NCBI GenBank assembly: GCA_052035175.1
Contig: JBPOHV010000001.1
Location: forward strand, 622,428 to 686,427
Source: a candidate division WWE3 bacterium
GTDB taxonomy: Bacteria; Patescibacteriota; WWE3; UBA101185; UBA10185
Reading direction: 5' to 3'
DNA: 64,000 nt
Each line of letters opens with the position of its first letter. Within the stretch, counting starts at the first letter, position 1. The notes below the pieces were generated by a model. It did no database searches. It saw nothing but the letters and a program-made list of their open reading frames with translations, and had not been told where the DNA came from. Both the position numbers and the translations under genes were made by a program. Shown here one piece after another: positions 46,064 to 55,603 of the stretch.

Positions 46064-49000
46064 ACATCATCAAACCAGTATAGTTTTCACCAGCTGAAGG
46101 CAAACCAGAACGTGACTGGTTTGTAAGTTGATACAAATATTTGTAATTATACATAAATATCTCTGCGGGATTACCTGCAGACAAACCGCGATCTCTTTCT
46201 AATTGAAGTTTTGCGCCTGTCGCAATTGGACCTTCAACAATAGCTGTTGTATCGCTACCACTCGGAATACCTGCCATTAAAACATTGGCCGTAGTAGATT
46301 TACTTATAATACCTGCTTGAATATGTGGAGTAAGAGAACTTTGAACAGGGTTGGCGTTACCAAAAGTATAATCGTATTTTACGCTTACTCCTGAACCAAG
46401 AACAAAAAGTATACGTCTATTATTAAGTAACTCTGGATAAAATATTGCGTTAAAATTTAATTGACCCGTACCAGTCACATAAACTACCAAAATGCCTTCG
46501 GTATTACTGCTTGCTCCCGTAAATTTATAACCGCCTCCCAAGTTTTCTGCAGTATCAATGGCTTGTTGGACACAACTTACTGACGCATAGTACGTACTTA
46601 GATAAGTAGGCAATCCTGTAACTTTACGGAACATCTGCGAACAATTACCACCTGTAGCAACTTGCAAATCTAAAGCAGTAGAAGGATACGTAGCTGGAAT
46701 AGTTGTAGGCCACATACTGCCGCCAGTATTCACGTTTTCTACATATTTACCAGATTGATTTGGATTGGTTTGACCATTTGCAAACACAATATTACTGTCA
46801 GAAATAAGCATTGCATCAAAGTCGGCAGATTCTTGTCCATAACTTAAATAAGGTGGTGTCCAATCGGCATCGGGCACAGCAGGACCTTGCACAGCTTCTA
46901 AACCACTTGAGATAAACACATTACCTTTGTAAGAAGTAAACCACGGAGCATCTGCAGGAGCTGACACAACGACTTGTGAAGCATCATCTACACCTGGAGA
47001 ACATTTTGCATAGTTAGAATCATTACTAGATGTTGCGTAATAACTTGTACCACTACCACTACGACCCGTGCACAAACCAGCGCCACCAGGATTTGCATCT
47101 GTAGCTTCTGTCCATATATTCCAGGTACCTACGTCACCAGCAACAGGTGTCCAAGTAAAGGTAGAGGCAGGAGGTGTACAAAAATTGCTTGTCCCACCGC
47201 AGTTATGCGTACCGATTGTCGTAACGGCTCCAGGTGCAGTAGTTTTTGCACGCTTTACACTTATCGTACTTATTTTTGATTCTGTATCTCCACCTTGAGT
47301 AGTAAATGTTAATGCAGGATTTCCAATTGTATATGAATATTGGCCAGAAGCTGGCTCGTTGAGAAATACTGCTGACGGTGAATCATTTATAAATACTTGA
47401 GCATCATCAGTAATACCGCAGGCAGCTGCATTATCGCCAGAATTACCACTACACATAAGTCCATATGAATCTGTTGCACGCAAAAATAAATGCCATGAGC
47501 CTGGTTGTGGATTTTCCCAATTTAAATTTGCACCTAAATCACACGGAGATACCGAACATTGGGAAGCTGCGATTAATGAAATACCCGATGAACCTGGGTA
47601 ATTTGCCTGAAGCATTTTGTGAACTGCTGTTGTCAAAGTCACAGGTACAGTTGCATCTGAAGAAGATGCAGCTAGATTTAATGTATTAAAAGATAATCCT
47701 GGCAATTTGGTGAGCGTGTTGAAATTATAGCTAGTCGTTGGCGCCGACAGAGTACCAGTTGGAGGCGTATTTGTAATTGGTGCGTCTACAGTGATAAATA
47801 AATCATCCAAAGAAGCGTGGCAATCATCCCAATTGGCTGGGTCTTGCTGCCAATTTCCACTGCATGCATTTCCACTATTATCAACAGCATTCACTACTAC
47901 CTGCCATGTACCGGTCTCATTTGGAATCCAATTATTATAAGAAAACGTACACGACGTATTTCCTACATTACAATTTTGAGAAGTCATTTGGTTTTTTGCA
48001 AAAACTATCCACGGACCAGGAAAAGTAAAATTCCAGTGGCGTGCAGCAAAATAATAATCAGACAAACCACCTGTGTCTGCGGCAGTACCAGAAAGAGTAA
48101 CAGGCAAGTCTTCAACATAATGTGCACCGTATATAGGGCTGCTCATACTTGCTGTAGGTGCTTGACCATCGGTAACATTTATTTCTATAAGGTCTTGAGT
48201 TGCGTGGCAACTCGTCCAATATTGTGGGTTTGTAAAATCGTCTCCAGCGCAAATACCAGTATTAGCATAATCGGCATCGGCGTTATCAATGACGCGTAAT
48301 GCCAATTGCCATCGACCTTCTGGCAAAGTAGCAGTGCGATCGTAAGAACAATTATTATTACCACCGCAGTTAGAAAAAGCCGCAAACGTACTCCAGCTAC
48401 CTGGAACATTGGGATTAGAATAATCGCGCTTCCAAACTTCTATTCTATATAACCCAGTTGGATCAGGGTCTGTAACATTAGCTGTAACTACGCGTACATT
48501 ATTTGCCGTTACAGGAAAATTTGCTTCATCCGCAGGCTGACTTATACGACCTGTAGGGTTTGTATTTGATGTAACAGTAAAAGACCAAACATCTGATTCT
48601 CCTTCACCGTTATCTACACCATTAGTTGTTTTTACTTGCCAATAATATGTACCAGACGTAACTGGAACTGTTTTTGTAGGACCACCTTGCAAATAAAATG
48701 GTGGGGGATTGGTAGTTCCAAAATGCAAACGGTATTCATTTTCACGATCGCCATCGCAAACTTCGCCCCATTGATTATCGCTTAATTCTTGCCAATTCAA
48801 AACTACTGTTGTTGGATTTCCAGTAAACAGAGTGCCGTTAATAGGTGAAATTAAATTCGGATCATTCGGCGATGTGGTTTCACAATTATTACCAGGATTA
48901 CAATCAGCAGTACAACCACCATCAAATTGGCCAGGATTTTGGTAGTACCCAAAAGCACAACTGCTACAAGATATCATATTGCCACCATTAATAGGGTCAG

Positions 49001-49229
49001 AATCACATAAATCACTATTAGTACAACTACCTTGCGAACCACTAGCATTGACATAGTAATAGGGTTGATCTGGAGAACAATCTGGACCTAACGAGCATTG
49101 CTGGACAGAACATGAGCAAGAATATGCATATAAGAATTGCGTCTTTGCATAAAAACTAAAAACAACAAACAAAGATAAAACATAAACAGTAAAAGTGGGT
49201 AATCTTTTTAACAAACTTCTGGATGACAT
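46044..49229 (-). CDS. 1061-aa Cys-rich secreted protein, putative pilus-associated adhesin (PilY1/PilC-like position)
   Basis: Signal/TM N-terminus, a Cys-rich N-domain, and long G/N/T/S-rich repeats. Heads the operon of PilX-like and minor pilin genes. Function is inferred from context only. Confidence 0.45.
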   Translation of the reverse strand: MSSRSLLKRLPTFTVYVLSLFVVFSFYAKTQFLYAYSCSCSVQQCSLGPDCSPDQPYYYVNASGSQGSCTNSDLCDSDPINGGNMISCSSCAFGYYQNPGQFDGGCTADCNPGNNCETTSPNDPNLISPINGTLFTGNPTTVVLNWQELSDNQWGEVCDGDRENEYRLHFGTTNPPPFYLQGGPTKTVPVTSGTYYWQVKTTNGVDNGEGESDVWSFTVTSNTNPTGRISQPADEANFPVTANNVRVVTANVTDPDPTGLYRIEVWKRDYSNPNVPGSWSTFAAFSNCGGNNNCSYDRTATLPEGRWQLALRVIDNADADYANTGICAGDDFTNPQYWTSCHATQDLIEINVTDGQAPTASMSSPIYGAHYVEDLPVTLSGTAADTGGLSDYYFAARHWNFTFPGPWIVFAKNQMTSQNCNVGNTSCTFSYNNWIPNETGTWQVVVNAVDNSGNACSGNWQQDPANWDDCHASLDDLFITVDAPITNTPPTGTLSAPTTSYNFNTLTKLPGLSFNTLNLAASSSDATVPVTLTTAVHKMLQANYPGSSGISLIAASQCSVSPCDLGANLNWENPQPGSWHLFLRATDSYGLMCSGNSGDNAAACGITDDAQVFINDSPSAVFLNEPASGQYSYTIGNPALTFTTQGGDTESKISTISVKRAKTTAPGAVTTIGTHNCGGTSNFCTPPASTFTWTPVAGDVGTWNIWTEATDANPGGAGLCTGRSGSGTSYYATSSNDSNYAKCSPGVDDASQVVVSAPADAPWFTSYKGNVFISSGLEAVQGPAVPDADWTPPYLSYGQESADFDAMLISDSNIVFANGQTNPNQSGKYVENVNTGGSMWPTTIPATYPSTALDLQVATGGNCSQMFRKVTGLPTYLSTYYASVSCVQQAIDTAENLGGGYKFTGASSNTEGILVVYVTGTGQLNFNAIFYPELLNNRRILFVLGSGVSVKYDYTFGNANPVQSSLTPHIQAGIISKSTTANVLMAGIPSGSDTTAIVEGPIATGAKLQLERDRGLSAGNPAEIFMYNYKYLYQLTNQSRSGLPSAGENYTGLMMYDVQYE

Positions 49230-49274
49230 TAAGTAAATGATAGAGTATTGAGTTATTTTTGTGAAGAATCAATC

Positions 49275-49622
49275 TTAGAATGCCCTCCCTTGCGGGAACA
49301 AGGGAGGGTGGTTCGAGCCGATTCGGCGGTACAGTTCGGTTTTTTCAAGCGCACTTATGTACGCTTGATAACCTATCGGCTCAATGTAGAGCCGAACCGT
49401 ACCGGGGTAATCTTTTTGGTACACCAAGTAAATAGGTGTACCTGTTTTTACGGCAGTATCGATCAAAATATCGATATCGCTATTATATGTCGACCCCCAG
49501 TCGACATACTCAACGGGTGGATTTGTTCCCACCCGAATCAGGATGCTATTATGGCTTGCAGCCGAAGCTGGCACAGCCAATAACAAAAGTAATGCGAGCA
49601 AAATCAAAACCCGTTTCATTTT
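49275..49622 (-). CDS. small secreted protein in a GC-rich segment
   Basis: GAGGAGAG SD. Signal peptide MKRVLILLALLLLLAVPASAAS. The 3' end of the ORF reads through a GC-rich hairpin, CCCTCCCTTG..CAAGGGAGGG. Confidence 0.45.
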   Translation of the reverse strand, partial: KMKRVLILLALLLLLAVPASAASHNSILIRVGTNPPVEYVDWGSTYNSDIDILIDTAVKTGTPIYLVYQKDYPGTVRLYIEPIGYQAYISALEKTELYRRIGSNHPPLFPQGRAF

Positions 49623-49832
49623 TTTCTCTCCTCTGGCTGCCGCCAGACTTTTCCCCCGAGGGGGATTCATGTTTTAAAAACAATCGATGCATTATGAATA
49701 TCACACCTTTCAAATAACTGCAAACTATAGGTTTACAAGCATAGTATAAAATCTATCAATAGCACTATAGGGTATTATGAGGTAGAAAACACATCAAAAA
49801 ATAACTTTTTTTGTATATCGAAAAATATTAAT

Positions 49833-50354
49833 TTAATTCACAACGCATCCAGAAACAAAACTCGTACAATCAACATCATTACACAACCCGCTAAAAGAAA
49901 CGTACTCATTAGCAATTAATCCAGCTTGTAAATCGGTGAAAGACAATTGTTCAAAATTGGGCAGCTTGACTGTTGATACCTCTTGAGGCCACGTACGTAA
50001 GCGATAATCATTTACATCACACGCCATTATTGCTTTTACATTTGATTGGTTAAAATTTGGTGGCCAAGTGACTTCGCCACTTATAAGATTTTGATCTTGA
50101 TCATAGTTAGTAATTTTCAAATAAACTACTTCATGCTCTGGATTAAATTCGATACCTTCGTATTTTTTTATAGTTTCTTTGAGTACTTGTTCTGGAGTGA
50201 CTGTTTTTGCAAAAGGGGAGTCAGATTCAGTTAAAGCATTTGTTTGTGTATCAGATACATTTGCAGGTTTTGTATAAATTTTGTACAGCAAAAACCCGCC
50301 TACACTTACTAATAAAGCTATACTCAACAATAGTAAAATTCTTTTGGACAGCAT
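49833..50354 (-). CDS. membrane-anchored/secreted hypothetical protein
   Basis: N-terminal signal-anchor. Confidence 0.4.
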   Translation of the reverse strand: MLSKRILLLLSIALLVSVGGFLLYKIYTKPANVSDTQTNALTESDSPFAKTVTPEQVLKETIKKYEGIEFNPEHEVVYLKITNYDQDQNLISGEVTWPPNFNQSNVKAIMACDVNDYRLRTWPQEVSTVKLPNFEQLSFTDLQAGLIANEYVSFSGLCNDVDCTSFVSGCVVN

Positions 50355-50434
50355 GTATTTATCTTAACATACGAATTACTATTCATCGGAATTAAACTAG
50401 CCTCGTAATATACACAGTGCTAATATAAGAGCAT

Positions 50435-51577
50435 ATGAATCAATATCTGCCCATTATTATTTCTGCAGGAAGTGCCTTCACTGTAGCAACAATCTTTTAC
50501 CTTAACATAATCGCAGCAATAAATAGTGAAAAAAAGAAAAATCAGCACATGCTAGACGGCGTTTTGGAATCGATTTTTACATTGACGCAAGACAACAAAC
50601 TTATTTTCGCAAATACAAATCTTCTTCAAATACTTGGGAAACCATTACGAGATATCAAAATGAAGAAAGTAGACGAAGTAGTAAAAATTATGGATAAAGA
50701 TGATAAGCAAATGCTTGCACGAGACTATGTAAACAAAAAACTTGTCGCAGGAGTATTTTTTGTCCACCCAAACGACGCTGAGCATAAGTATTTTGTAAAC
50801 CTTAAATCTACTCAAATCAAAAACACTAATGAAATTATGATAACCATGACCGACGTTACATATGAAAAACGACTCGAACAATCAAAAAACGACTTTATAT
50901 ACGTTACCTCTCACGAATTGCGCACACCGTTAACAATCATAAAAAGCTATTTGTGGATGCTAGTCAAAGACAATACAGAAAACTTATCTGACAAACAAAA
51001 AGATTATATAAAAAAGGCTTATACTGGCGCAGAAAGAATGTTGGAGCTCATCAATGATACTTTGAACATCGCACGAATCGAACAAGAAAAAGAAATGATA
51101 GCTTCGGAAGACATTAATATAAAAGAATTTCTGACTGAGGCAGGAGAAGAATTTACTGTCAAAACAAAAGAAAAGGACCTAGAGTTTAAACTTGAGATTC
51201 CAGATAGTATTCAAAATATATACGCCGACCGCAAACGCTTACGAGAAATTTTGAATAATTTATTTACAAATGCGCTCAAATTTACACGATTAGGCTATAT
51301 AAAAATACGTGTAAGAGACTTTGGATCTGACTTTGTCGAAATATCTGTAGTCGATACTGGTAAGGGTATTGATCCTGTAGATATACCCAAATTGTTCAAA
51401 AAATTTAGTCGCCTCGACAACACTTATCAAACTGTTGCAGAAGCCGGTGGTACTGGCCTAGGTTTGTATATCGTCAAAAGCCTCGTCGAAACAATGCGAG
51501 GGGGAATAGGTGCATATTCTGAAGGACTAGGGAAGGGGAGCACCTTCTGGTTTATCTTGCCAAAGAAAAAGCTCTAA
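50435..51577 (+). CDS. sensor histidine kinase (no adjacent response regulator in window)
   Basis: TM N-terminus, H-box SHELRTPLT, N-box NLFTNALKF, G-box GTGLGLYIVKSLVE. Confidence 0.75.
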   Translation: MNQYLPIIISAGSAFTVATIFYLNIIAAINSEKKKNQHMLDGVLESIFTLTQDNKLIFANTNLLQILGKPLRDIKMKKVDEVVKIMDKDDKQMLARDYVNKKLVAGVFFVHPNDAEHKYFVNLKSTQIKNTNEIMITMTDVTYEKRLEQSKNDFIYVTSHELRTPLTIIKSYLWMLVKDNTENLSDKQKDYIKKAYTGAERMLELINDTLNIARIEQEKEMIASEDINIKEFLTEAGEEFTVKTKEKDLEFKLEIPDSIQNIYADRKRLREILNNLFTNALKFTRLGYIKIRVRDFGSDFVEISVVDTGKGIDPVDIPKLFKKFSRLDNTYQTVAEAGGTGLGLYIVKSLVETMRGGIGAYSEGLGKGSTFWFILPKKKL

Positions 51578-51605
51578 ACAATATATTAATGTATGAGATT
51601 TGAAT

Positions 51606-52511
51606 TTAGTTTCCAAAAAGCTTGAAGTACCAGTCCAAAATGACTTGACCCCAAATCAATGAAAATACACTACCCATTATCAAAAATGGACCAAATGGAA
51701 TTGTATCTTTCATAGTCTTTTTCTTTGTTACGACTAAGACCAAGCTAATTACAGATCCCAAAACAAATCCTATAAATATAGCTAAGATGTTATATGGAAA
51801 TCCGTTGAATATACCGATTAATGCAGCAAGAGGCACGTCACCAGAACCCATACCACGACCACGAGTAATCCAGATCAAGAATGAGAAAAATAAAACTATA
51901 CAAAGTGTACTTACTAGCAAAATACCCAGATTCCATAAGCCAGAATACACATTTTGATGCCAATAACCTGCATCGTATAAATATTTACCAAATTCATCGG
52001 CTAACAAAGTCTTTCTAAAAATAAACATTGAAATAACAAAATTAACTACCAAGAACATAAGTGAAAAAATAATAGCTGGAAAAACTACTTTGCTAGGAAT
52101 AACTTTTTCTTTAGCATCTGTCATAAACAAAACTACAAAGAATGAAAAAACTACTGAAACAAAAACAAAACCGATGAATGGGTAAATACCTTGTGTAGAA
52201 TCTTGAAAAATATTTGTAATGTGTGCTGCTACAACAAAAAGTGCGCCTGTAAGAATTTCGGAAATTGGATAATACCAAGATAACTTCTCTGTACAATAAG
52301 AACATTTACCTTTTTGAAAAAGAAAGCTGAAAACTGGAAAAAGATTTTTCCATGAAAGTGGCTTATTGCAAAAATCACATTTTGATCTATCAAAAACAAT
52401 AGATCCACCTTTTAATAAACGGTCAGAAACCAAATTTAAAAATGAACCAACAAATAAACCAGATAAGAAAACAAGCCCGTAGTATATGTATAAGAGATAG
52501 TTTGAAATCAT
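51606..52511 (-). CDS. pilD: prepilin peptidase (A24 family)
   Basis: Paired CxxC (CDFC ... CSYC) zinc-binding N-domain and polytopic membrane domain. Lies downstream of the pilin gene. Confidence 0.8.
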   Translation of the reverse strand: MISNYLLYIYYGLVFLSGLFVGSFLNLVSDRLLKGGSIVFDRSKCDFCNKPLSWKNLFPVFSFLFQKGKCSYCTEKLSWYYPISEILTGALFVVAAHITNIFQDSTQGIYPFIGFVFVSVVFSFFVVLFMTDAKEKVIPSKVVFPAIIFSLMFLVVNFVISMFIFRKTLLADEFGKYLYDAGYWHQNVYSGLWNLGILLVSTLCIVLFFSFLIWITRGRGMGSGDVPLAALIGIFNGFPYNILAIFIGFVLGSVISLVLVVTKKKTMKDTIPFGPFLIMGSVFSLIWGQVILDWYFKLFGN

Positions 52512-52580
52512 GCGAGGATTGTAGCACTATGATTTCTTATGCACAATAAAAACTTTCTTACCTTATGCAGATAATCACGC

Positions 52581-52617
52581 GCCGCCTTGCATGCCTGAGC
52601 AGGCAAGCGGACGCATG
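52581..52617. repeat. GC-rich structured repeat, family B, copy 2 (inverted relative to 12551-12611)
   Basis: Reverse complement reads TCCGCTTGCCTGCTCAGGCATGCAAGGCGGCGC. About 31 of 35 positions identical to copy 1. Confidence 0.6.
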
Positions 52618-52650
52618 TCTACCTTCGTATAGTAAAAATGGATGAATGCA

Positions 52651-52709
52651 AAAAGCTATGCTCGGAAGCTTGCCTGTGAATACATGCAATGCTGAAGAGC
52701 ATAGCTTTT
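52651..52709 (-). terminator. rho-independent-type terminator or attenuator between pilin gene and pilD
   Basis: AAAAGCTATGCTC ... GAGCATAGCTTTT, a 13-bp perfect stem, followed on the minus strand by a T-rich tract. Confidence 0.5.
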
Positions 52710-52727
52710 GCGTAAAAACATAAAGCT

Positions 52728-53261
52728 TTATGGTACCAAAGTTAAATTTGTACCAACCTCGTATCTAGTAGCGCTATCGCCACCATCTACAGTGTACTTA
52801 GCTTGATTAGATAAATGTTCAAATTGAGCATTTAACTCATAACCTGATGCGGTAGATGCAAACTCATAAAAATATGTTGCATCGTTAGTTGGATCCAAGG
52901 GCAGAGCTGCAATATAATTTGCAAGTGAGCCAGTTCCTATTTGTACCCAACCAGTACCGTCAACTGCAGTTACTGTTCCAGAACCACTATTACTTGCGCA
53001 AGCACTGCAGTTTGCTCCAGTGATTTGCAAAGTGATAGCTTGTTCGGCCAAAGCTAAATTCAAAGCTTTATTCATAACTTCCAAGTCTTGAAGTCTTCTG
53101 GCGTCTCTACTCTTTTGCAAGAGTGAAACAGGATCAATTGCCAATGCTAAAACACCAGCTAAAACTGCGATAATAGCAATAACTACCAAAAGCTCGATAA
53201 GCGTAAAACCTGTTGATTTCTTTGTATATTTATTCATCATGTTCTGTTTCACCTCCTTCAA
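52728..53261 (-). CDS. type IV pilin (candidate major pilin)
   Basis: KSTGFTLIELLVVIAIIAVLAGV. Sits between pilC and the terminator plus pilD. Confidence 0.7.
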   Translation of the reverse strand: MKEVKQNMMNKYTKKSTGFTLIELLVVIAIIAVLAGVLALAIDPVSLLQKSRDARRLQDLEVMNKALNLALAEQAITLQITGANCSACASNSGSGTVTAVDGTGWVQIGTGSLANYIAALPLDPTNDATYFYEFASTASGYELNAQFEHLSNQAKYTVDGGDSATRYEVGTNLTLVP

Positions 53262-53315
53262 AATATCGAAAAACTTAATACTTAATCATAAACAACTAAT
53301 CAAAACTACAAGTAT

Positions 53316-54518
53316 TTATATCGCACTCGTAATTTTGTAAATCGGTGTGATGATTGCGATTATCAAAATACCTACCATACCTCCCAAAAGAATGAGAATG
53401 ATAGGTTCCAAAGCACCTGACAAACCTTTTACCAAATGGTCAACCTCACCATCAAAATAATACGATGACTTTTCAAAAAGTTTATCCATTTGACCAGTTT
53501 CTTCACCTACGTGTGCCATATCTCCGATAAAAGGTGGGAAAATTTTGTTTGACATAATATATTCTGACAAAGGTCTTCCTTTGCGCACATGCTCAGCAGC
53601 TTCGAGTGAAGCACGTTTATATGCATCATTAGACATAACTTCGCTTACTATTTCTAAAGCATCGACAATAGGAACTGCAGATGAAATAAGTAATCCCATC
53701 GTACGAGTAAATTGCGCATTTTCTTTCATACGATTTATTTTTCCAAAAACCGGTAATCTAAAAGAAATATCAGAAGCCAATTTTTTACCAGCTTCGCTAC
53801 TAAACAAAGTACGTAGACCCCAAACCGAAAATGCCATCAATCCCAAAACTGCAAATATATTACGAATAATAAATTCAGAGAAATTAATTAAGAATTGAGT
53901 TGATGTCGGTAGATCAACATCCAAAGACTTATACATCTCGGCTAGCTTTGGAATAACGAAAATCATCAATATAAAAAACACAGCGATCATCGCTACAAAA
54001 ACAACCACAGGGTATACCATTGCAGATTTGAATTTACCATTCAACTCACGTTCGTTTTCGAGTGTAACAGCAAGCCTTTCCAAAATTGTGTCAAGCTTTC
54101 CCGAAGATTCACCAGCTTTGACCAAAGATCTGTAAGTGCGTGTAAAAATGTTTGGATATCTGCCAAGACCAGCAGACAACGCAGAACCACCTTCAACATC
54201 GCGTAATACATCTAGAAGTATTTTTTTGAAATGCTTATTTGCTGACTGCTGTGCCAAAACATCCAAAGCACGTGAAACAGGTAAGCCTGAAGAAAGCATT
54301 GTTGAGAATTGGCGTGTAAACGCAGCAAGCTCACTTTGCGGAATCCCACGTAAGCCAACTATATGATCAATAACAGACTCTTTCTTTTCTTGTAATGCAA
54401 CAACAAACAAACCTTGTCCGCGCAATAAATCTACTGCTACTTCTTTTGAACGAGCATCGACAGTACCTTCTTTACGGAGTCCAGACTGCTCTGTTGCTAC
54501 ATACAAATATATAGGCAT
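53316..54518 (-). CDS. pilC: type IV pilus platform protein PilC (GspF family)
   Basis: Two GspF-like repeats with three TM segments. Confidence 0.85.
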   Translation of the reverse strand: MPIYLYVATEQSGLRKEGTVDARSKEVAVDLLRGQGLFVVALQEKKESVIDHIVGLRGIPQSELAAFTRQFSTMLSSGLPVSRALDVLAQQSANKHFKKILLDVLRDVEGGSALSAGLGRYPNIFTRTYRSLVKAGESSGKLDTILERLAVTLENERELNGKFKSAMVYPVVVFVAMIAVFFILMIFVIPKLAEMYKSLDVDLPTSTQFLINFSEFIIRNIFAVLGLMAFSVWGLRTLFSSEAGKKLASDISFRLPVFGKINRMKENAQFTRTMGLLISSAVPIVDALEIVSEVMSNDAYKRASLEAAEHVRKGRPLSEYIMSNKIFPPFIGDMAHVGEETGQMDKLFEKSSYYFDGEVDHLVKGLSGALEPIILILLGGMVGILIIAIITPIYKITSAI

Positions 54519-55591
54519 TATCTAGATTTTACTCCTTTCACAAGGCGTCTTAGCTCACCAACACGACTTGTATGCTTTGCAGCCTCTTCAAAAGTAATCA
54601 CATTGTTATTTACCAAATCAGCCAAGCTTCTCTCCATACTGATCATGCCCAAATGTAAACTGGTATCGATTACATTATCGATAAGATGTGGTTTACCTTC
54701 GCGTATAAGATTGCGCACAGCATCATTACCAAGCATCACTTCTACAGCAGGTATAACTTTTGAGTCTAGAGAAACTACTAATCTTTGTGACAAAACAACT
54801 TCCATAACCCCGGCTAATTGCTCTTTTACTTGATCTTGCTTGGCTTCTGGAAAACTAGAAATAATTCTCTCGATTGTCTGAGACGCAGAGTTCGTATGTA
54901 AAGTTGCAAATACCAAATGGCCAGTTTCCGCAATATTCAAAGCAGCTTCTACTGTTTCTGTATCGCGCATTTCTCCTACAAAGATAATATTTGGATCTTG
55001 CCTTAAAACCGATTTGAGAGCAGCAGGCCACGAATGGGTATCTATATACATTTCTCTTTGTTCGATAAGCGAAAGCTTGTTTGTAAAAACATATTCTATA
55101 GGATCTTCGACAGTAACAATGTGCTCAGCACGTGTCTCGTTAATGTAATCAATCATAGAAGCTATGGTAGTGGACTTTCCTTGACCTGTAGGCCCAACAA
55201 CCAGCACCAACCCTTGAGTCAAACCACACAGTTGTTTAACTGTGTCTGGTAAATGCAAATCTGAAAGTGAAGGGATATCTACTGGAATGTGTCTTAAAGC
55301 AACAGAAGAGTATCCGCGCTGATAATATGCATTTACTCTAAATCTAGATTTGCTACCCAACGCTACAGAAAAGTCTAATTCTTTATTTACCTCCAACAAT
55401 TCTTTTTGATCAGTTTCTAAGATTTGAGACAAGAAATATTCTATGTCTTCTAAACTCAAAGCTTGCATATCTTCCATTGGAACCAATTTTGTATTTACCC
55501 TGATTATAGGAACGCTACCTACAACTAAATGTAGATCTGATGCGTTTTGATCCATTATTCTTTCTAAAATTTTTGTTGCATTAAGTGGCAT
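54518..55591 (-). CDS. pilT: twitching-motility (retraction) ATPase PilT
   Basis: Walker A GPTGQGKSTT, Asp box, Walker B and His box. The 357-aa length is typical of PilT. Confidence 0.8.
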   Translation of the reverse strand: MPLNATKILERIMDQNASDLHLVVGSVPIIRVNTKLVPMEDMQALSLEDIEYFLSQILETDQKELLEVNKELDFSVALGSKSRFRVNAYYQRGYSSVALRHIPVDIPSLSDLHLPDTVKQLCGLTQGLVLVVGPTGQGKSTTIASMIDYINETRAEHIVTVEDPIEYVFTNKLSLIEQREMYIDTHSWPAALKSVLRQDPNIIFVGEMRDTETVEAALNIAETGHLVFATLHTNSASQTIERIISSFPEAKQDQVKEQLAGVMEVVLSQRLVVSLDSKVIPAVEVMLGNDAVRNLIREGKPHLIDNVIDTSLHLGMISMERSLADLVNNNVITFEEAAKHTSRVGELRRLVKGVKSR

Positions 55592-55603
55592 AAAAAAACC
55601 TAA

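Noticed and set aside
49248-49583. Plus-strand 111-aa ORF antisense to the secreted-protein gene
   Set aside because: The opposite strand has an SD and a textbook signal peptide. This frame is a GC-rich read-through.
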